Source of the DNA: an uncultured Gammaproteobacteria bacterium
GTDB taxonomy: Bacteria; Patescibacteriota; Patescibacteriia; S139-126
DNA length: 64,000 nucleotides
Direction of reading: 5' to 3'
Assembly (NCBI GenBank): GCA_964620905.1
Contig: CAZUKA010000001.1
Coordinates: 90,890-154,889 of the forward strand
The stretch's first letter is position 1. Every line of letters starts with the position of its first letter. Shown one piece after another: positions 58,954-64,000 of the stretch. The notes beneath the pieces are model-generated. The model saw only the letters and a program-made list of their open reading frames with translations. It ran no database searches and had not been told where the DNA came from. The position numbers and the translations under genes were made by a program.

Positions 58954-59232
58954 TTATTTTTTTATAATATGGACGAATTTGGTAAGTTTTTTTTGTCCGT
59001 TGAAACGGGTAACTTTTTTTGTCTGAAATGAAACCACACCTGCCGCTATAGCAACTAAAGTATCATCACCACTACGAATAACATTTTTTCCCGGCCTAAT
59101 TTTTGTACCTCGTTGTCGGACAATAATATTTCCTGGTTTTGCTAATTGTCCAGCAAACATCTTTACCCCCAGTCTTTTACTGACTGAATCTCGCCCTAGA
59201 CTTGTTGAGCCGCCAGCTTTTTTATGGGCCAT
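58954..59232 (-). CDS. rpmA: 50S ribosomal protein L27
   Basis: [29 protein letters not shown]. Confidence 0.96.
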   Translation of the reverse strand: MAHKKAGGSTSLGRDSVSKRLGVKMFAGQLAKPGNIIVRQRGTKIRPGKNVIRSGDDTLVAIAAGVVSFQTKKVTRFNGQKKLTKFVHIIKK

Positions 59233-59360
59233 AAATTGATTTCAAGAATTAATTTATTTAATTGGTATAAATACCGCAGTAGTATTTATTTTATATTGAC
59301 TTCACGTTTTTGTCAAATATCCGGACTTTATTTATTATTAGTTTTTGTTAAAATATAAAT

Positions 59361-59630
59361 ATGACAAAAAAAACAAGTAAAAATAAATCACCTAGTGTGA
59401 CTTTTAAAAAAATTGAAAAATATATTGAAAAAAATATAAAACCTTACATTCAACTTGATGGAGGGGACATTGAGTTTATTGCCTATGATAAAATTTCCAA
59501 GCAGGTGAAAATAAGACTGATGGGTGCGTGTGTCGGTTGCCCACTTTCCTCGGTTACTTTAAAGATAGGCGTGGAGAAACAGTTACAAAAAGCTTTTTCA
59601 GCTATAAACGAAGTAATAATGATTGACTAA
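59361..59630 (+). CDS. NifU-like (Nfu) domain protein
   Basis: IKPYIQLDGGDIE, GACVGCP, TLKIGVE. Confidence 0.88.
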   Translation: MTKKTSKNKSPSVTFKKIEKYIEKNIKPYIQLDGGDIEFIAYDKISKQVKIRLMGACVGCPLSSVTLKIGVEKQLQKAFSAINEVIMID

Positions 59631-59632
59631 GC

Positions 59633-59983
59633 TTAAAAACTTATTTTTGGGCTAATATCGCTGTCGATAGAGTCTTGATTATTTGTAACTGTTAGATTTC
59701 CAGAAAAAATATTCTTAAAGTTGTCCCAGTTAATATTTTTAGTCTGGGTTTTTATTTTAAATTTATTTTCAACTTGTTCGAGTAAACGTATATCAACAGT
59801 AGATGGGGCAATATCAGATTGCAGGATAATTATTTGTTTAGCAGAGATTATAGTTTGATAGAAATTATAGTATAAAAATAAACCAACACCAGTTACAATT
59901 AAGATTGAAAAAAGTATAGTTAACGTTTTGATATGATTTAATAATGTATTTTTTAATTTTTTGAAAGTAGTGATGATTTTCAT
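59633..59983 (-). CDS. Hypothetical membrane-anchored protein at the end of the pilMNO operon
   Basis: N-terminal TM; position downstream of the PilO-like gene. Confidence 0.65.
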   Translation of the reverse strand: MKIITTFKKLKNTLLNHIKTLTILFSILIVTGVGLFLYYNFYQTIISAKQIIILQSDIAPSTVDIRLLEQVENKFKIKTQTKNINWDNFKNIFSGNLTVTNNQDSIDSDISPKISF

Positions 59984-59987
59984 ATAG

Positions 59988-60521
59988 TTATTGCCAATAC
60001 ATTTTAGCTTCTAGATTGGCTGTAATTTCTGATGTTTGTTTATCAAAAGATATATTGTAAATATTAAAATAATACGGTTTGGTGTCTAGGGCAGAAATAA
60101 ATTTTAAAACATTAACATAAGAGCCATTCAAAGTAATTTGTATTGAGACTGGGGAGGGAAATTTTGGTTTTTCAAAATTAGGTAATAATATTATATGTTT
60201 TACATTATGTATTTCTGCGGTTTTTTCTATATCATTGATAAAATTCAAAGTATTATCAGTATTTAAAATTATTTGATTTATATTTTCTAAACGTTCTCTT
60301 GATTGTTCTATTTCCAAATTTGTTTTTTTCAAAGATAAACCTTGTAAATATTTAGTCTCCAATTCGACCCTTTTTTCATAAATTTGTTTATTTAAGTTTA
60401 AAATATCAAGAATAGTCAAAATAGTAAAAAAAGTACTTCCTACCAATAAAAACATTAGAAGTATAATAGTAATGTTCAGAGTTAAAGACGATTCTTTATC
60501 TTGCGTTTTTAAGTTAATCAT
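59988..60521 (-). CDS. pilO: PilO-like type IV pilus assembly protein
   Basis: TM, coiled coil, ITLNGSY..VLKFI..L; synteny. Confidence 0.7.
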   Translation of the reverse strand: MINLKTQDKESSLTLNITIILLMFLLVGSTFFTILTILDILNLNKQIYEKRVELETKYLQGLSLKKTNLEIEQSRERLENINQIILNTDNTLNFINDIEKTAEIHNVKHIILLPNFEKPKFPSPVSIQITLNGSYVNVLKFISALDTKPYYFNIYNISFDKQTSEITANLEAKMYWQ

Positions 60522-61053
60522 GGCAGTTTGGTTCGTTTATAATTCCGTTAATATTGAAGTCAATATTTTGTTTTTTTAAAAGGGTGTTTAAAGGAATATT
60601 GATTTCACTAACCAAGTTACATTTTTCTAAACTAGTTTTAAAATTTAATAAATCTTCTCTAGTATTGGCTATACCTTCAAAGGTTAAACTTTTTTCCGAA
60701 AGATTAATTGTTAAACGTTGTAAGTGAATACCTTGACTAATTGCTTGATTAACATTAAAAAGTGTTTCTGGCCAAATATAGTATTCATTTTGGATGTCAT
60801 TTAGTAATCTGATTTGTCGGTTGTAGGCATTGACCCGCTCATTAATTTTTTGGTGAGTGATGTTTACAACTTTTGATTGTTCCTGAACTACCGCAAATTG
60901 TTTCAATAAAATCAATTTTGCTCCAAATAAAACCGCGCTAATGACAAAAGACAAAGTCAAAATAATGACTATAATGGTTTTAGCCATGACATATTTCCAC
61001 AATAAAGAAGAATTAATTTTTTCTTTGTAGGGTAGTAGGTTTAGCTCAATCAT
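60514..61053 (-). CDS. pilN: PilN-like type IV pilus assembly protein
   Basis: N-terminal ELNLLP motif, TM, coiled coil, EGIA..REDLL.F. Confidence 0.75.
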   Translation of the reverse strand: MIELNLLPYKEKINSSLLWKYVMAKTIIVIILTLSFVISAVLFGAKLILLKQFAVVQEQSKVVNITHQKINERVNAYNRQIRLLNDIQNEYYIWPETLFNVNQAISQGIHLQRLTINLSEKSLTFEGIANTREDLLNFKTSLEKCNLVSEINIPLNTLLKKQNIDFNINGIINEPNCHD

Positions 61054-61057
61054 AAAG

Positions 61058-62104
61058 TTATTTCATAGTTAAACCAATAGCGGTAGTAAAGGACAGCCAG
61101 TCGGTATTAGGCAATTTTATTTTTGGCCCCAAAGTAATATGTTTTTCTAGTGGAGCGGTCTCTGATTTTAAACCAGTTTTTTCCGTTAATACATCGTTTA
61201 AACGTTTTAGGTTTCCACCGCCACCGCATAAGTAAATTTTATCGATTGGTTGGGTGTCTGTAAAATTATTTTGGTAATATTTGATGCCATTTACAATTTT
61301 ATCAGCTAAAAGATTTAATTCTTTTTCTAAAATTATTTTAATACCACCAGCACATTTTTCCGGGTCCAAACCACATACAACTTTTGCTTTTTCTGCTTGG
61401 GTAGGGGATATCTTTAATGTTTGACTAATAATCTGAGTAATTTGATTTCCACTTTCTGGTAAACTAAGACTAAAGAGTACAGCATGTGAGTTGGCAATTA
61501 TTAAACTACTCCGACTCGCACCTAAATCTACAATGGCTGTCGTAGTAGCTGAGTTATTTTTTTCAGGGAAAATTGCCCGTGCAATAGCAATCGCTTCAAT
61601 TTTAAAAGATAAAGGTATTAAATTTGCTAATTTTACCAATTTCGTGTAGTCATCAACAATTTCTTTGGGGGCAGCGCCAATAATAATAGAAATTTCATCT
61701 TGAGAATTTTGTGTTGGAATAATTTGGTAATCAAAATAAATTTCATTGAGTGTAAAAGGAAGATGGTGTTCTGCAGCCCATTCTACTGCTGTTGGTATTT
61801 CTTGCTCTGACATGATTGGCAATTTGATTAATTTAATAAAAGTGTGTTTTTCTGGGAGACAAACGTGGGCAAATTTTGTTTTAATTTTTGGCCCTTGGGC
61901 AGAATTTATTAATTCCCTAATTAACAAGGCACTATCTTGCATTTTAACAATTTTGCCGTTATCAAAATAGCCTGGTGGTACAGTTGCTCGGTTAAGATTT
62001 GTTAGTTCAAACTTATTTTTTCTTTTTTGTAATCCGGCTAATTTAAAAGATAAATCGCTTAAATCTAGTCCAAAGTAAGTAATTTTTTTATTATGGAAAA
62101 TCAT
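61058..62104 (-). CDS. pilM: Type IV pilus assembly protein PilM
   Basis: Probable start 62104; FGLDLSD, VDLGASRS, AEKAK, LCGGG actin-like fold. Confidence 0.88.
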   Translation of the reverse strand: MIFHNKKITYFGLDLSDLSFKLAGLQKRKNKFELTNLNRATVPPGYFDNGKIVKMQDSALLIRELINSAQGPKIKTKFAHVCLPEKHTFIKLIKLPIMSEQEIPTAVEWAAEHHLPFTLNEIYFDYQIIPTQNSQDEISIIIGAAPKEIVDDYTKLVKLANLIPLSFKIEAIAIARAIFPEKNNSATTTAIVDLGASRSSLIIANSHAVLFSLSLPESGNQITQIISQTLKISPTQAEKAKVVCGLDPEKCAGGIKIILEKELNLLADKIVNGIKYYQNNFTDTQPIDKIYLCGGGGNLKRLNDVLTEKTGLKSETAPLEKHITLGPKIKLPNTDWLSFTTAIGLTMK

Positions 62105-62117
62105 ATCTATATTATAA

Positions 62118-63506
62118 CTAATTTGGTAATTCTTCCCAAGTGATAAATGAATAATCACCACTGGTAGGAAAGTATGGTGGTGGTGAAAATATCAATTTAC
62201 TGTCAAAAATACTTTTTGTATTGGTATAACCATCAATAACATTTATACCCGATACCCAAGTCCAGGTCCAAATTTTATTGGTAATAATTCCTCCGTAAAC
62301 TTCAATATAATTTTTAATTGAGCGACTATAATAAAGTCCCCGATAAACTCTTCCTTTTTGAGCTAGTAATATGGCATCAATAGATAAATTTGTCGGTGCA
62401 TGACGAGGTACTTGTACATTTTTTTGGGCAATCAGTCCTAAACTATGATTTCCGTCCCTGGCTAAGTAACGAAGATTATTATTGATAAAAATGCTAGTGT
62501 TAGTGAGTGGCGAGTCAGGAAAGCGCGCTGAAACTAAAGTAACCTTACCATTGATTGTGCCTTGAACCCAAACGTTGTCTTCAATAAAAATTAGTCCATT
62601 ACTAGGTAAAGGGTAGTTACCAACAAAACTTGTACTGTCAATTCGCTCGGATTTATATTCATAATCTGTGAAGTTATCATTAATTTGTAAAATGGCAGGG
62701 TATAATTGAGTAACACGGTAGATATCATAAGTGCTATTATCACGGAAAGAAACTAAATAACCATAATTTTTTGGTTGATAATAATGCCCATTGTTTTGGG
62801 CGGCTGTTTTCATGTTTGCTAGATCCAATGTCAAAGTATTGAAATCAATTTCTGGTACAGGGAAATCCCAGAGATCATTGTTTGGGCCAATACCCCAAAT
62901 ACCTGATTTTTCTTCATCACTACAGCCATGAGCCGTTGTGCAGATGTAGGTTTCTTTGGCAGAAGTTACCAGTGAATCATTTTCTCCATCCATTCTAATA
63001 CCGCCGTTTGAGTGCATTTCTCCTGAAACTGATTCATTTGATCCTAACCAGATATCTGAATTTGTTAAAAAAGAATAGCGTGCAAGTGAAGGTTTACCAT
63101 ATTTAACCTCAATAGTTCTTTTTAGTTGAGGATATTTGTTGGTCCAACCAGTAGAACGAATCGTAACTACAGTCGAACCAACTGGTGGCGGATCAATTTC
63201 CAGACTGTATTTACCCACGCTATTGCTAGTTGGATCAGAGTAGTCAAAAAGATAAGGACCAGGTTGGCCGGTGTTATTGGTAAAATCATTTGGTGCGTGA
63301 GCTAAATGCCAGCGATAATAGTTTATTCCGGCTTCGGCTATATGTAAGGCTTGGATTTTTGCTAGGTATTGATCATTTAATTTTCTTTGATAAAAAACAA
63401 CTCCCATTAATCCAGTTATAACAACCAAAAAAATTCCTGTAAAAACTACAATTAAAATCAATACGCCACCTTTTTTATTTGATATAATATTTGTATTTAA
63501 GTTCAT
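62118..63506 (-). CDS. PilX-like minor pilin
   Basis: KKGGVL hydrophobic N-terminus, ALHIAEAGINY, IRSTG, HSNG. Confidence 0.75.
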   Translation of the reverse strand: MNLNTNIISNKKGGVLILIVVFTGIFLVVITGLMGVVFYQRKLNDQYLAKIQALHIAEAGINYYRWHLAHAPNDFTNNTGQPGPYLFDYSDPTSNSVGKYSLEIDPPPVGSTVVTIRSTGWTNKYPQLKRTIEVKYGKPSLARYSFLTNSDIWLGSNESVSGEMHSNGGIRMDGENDSLVTSAKETYICTTAHGCSDEEKSGIWGIGPNNDLWDFPVPEIDFNTLTLDLANMKTAAQNNGHYYQPKNYGYLVSFRDNSTYDIYRVTQLYPAILQINDNFTDYEYKSERIDSTSFVGNYPLPSNGLIFIEDNVWVQGTINGKVTLVSARFPDSPLTNTSIFINNNLRYLARDGNHSLGLIAQKNVQVPRHAPTNLSIDAILLAQKGRVYRGLYYSRSIKNYIEVYGGIITNKIWTWTWVSGINVIDGYTNTKSIFDSKLIFSPPPYFPTSGDYSFITWEELPN

Positions 63507-63509
63507 AAA

Positions 63510-64000
63510 TCAAAGGTTGTTTTTCAAATTTCTAAGTTGAATATCAGTATATAAATCAAAATCATCTGGCGCACGTAAGGGATCAATATTAACTCGTAAG
63601 AAAACATTAATCAATTTTGTTTCAATCAATCTAGCAGGTGCTGGTAGAGGATTATTAGTAATGTCATAGGGATAATCACTATTGTAATAAATAAAAATTG
63701 GTTCGGTGTTATTTCGAACGTATTCAGAAACAACAGAGATTTCTTCATTGTTAAAATCATAAGTTAGAGGATTGCCAGTAGGTTCGACTATACCTTTTTT
63801 TAAATTTTCATTTTCCAAAAAATATCGTACGCGTTCAGTATAGACATCTTGATCAATATCAGAGTAAAAAATAATTTCCTGATCTCCTGCTAATTCTAAG
63901 CCATAAGAACCGTTTTCAGCAGTTGATAATTCACGTAATTCTTTAGCCATTAAGTCAATACCTTTTTGTGCTTGTCTAATTGCTTCCAATTGTTCTTGAC
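63510..64000 (-). CDS. Minor pilin (PilW-like), 5'-partial
   Basis: A...ID.MAKELR, YSDID..TERVRY, F.YY, IQLRNL; frame is open to the window edge. Confidence 0.7.
   Translation of the reverse strand, partial: QEQLEAIRQAQKGIDLMAKELRELSTAENGSYGLELAGDQEIIFYSDIDQDVYTERVRYFLENENLKKGIVEPTGNPLTYDFNNEEISVVSEYVRNNTEPIFIYYNSDYPYDITNNPLPAPARLIETKLINVFLRVNIDPLRAPDDFDLYTDIQLRNLKNNL

Overview
AT-rich bacterial chromosomal window, genetic code 11. Gene content and style suggest Patescibacteria/CPR, probably Parcubacteria-like (inference from the DUF4012 protein, pilMNO/pilX cluster, short AT-rich intergenic regions that mostly lack a Shine-Dalgarno, and rplI being present). Most of the window is envelope and housekeeping genes: two surface-polysaccharide clusters (sugar transferase, GT4/GT2, Wzx, rfbABCD), murJ, lepA, ftsEX, metK, ahcY, murA, a S41 peptidase, rplI, pyrG, rpmA and type IV pilus genes. 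There are three tRNAs (Thr-CGU, Gly-CCC, Gln-UUG). An AT-richer ~6 kb accessory block follows tRNA-Gln and carries three inositol-monophosphatase-family genes. The standout is the ~1 kb gap at 7500-8490. It has a perfect sigma70 promoter, then ~630 nt of densely base-paired multi-domain RNA (G-U wobbles favour the + strand, possible pseudoknot), then an unannotated 50-aa membrane peptide ORF with a strong SD, then an intrinsic terminator. This is a candidate undescribed large ncRNA or leader plus small-protein system. All calls come from reading the sequence by eye; no database searches were run.
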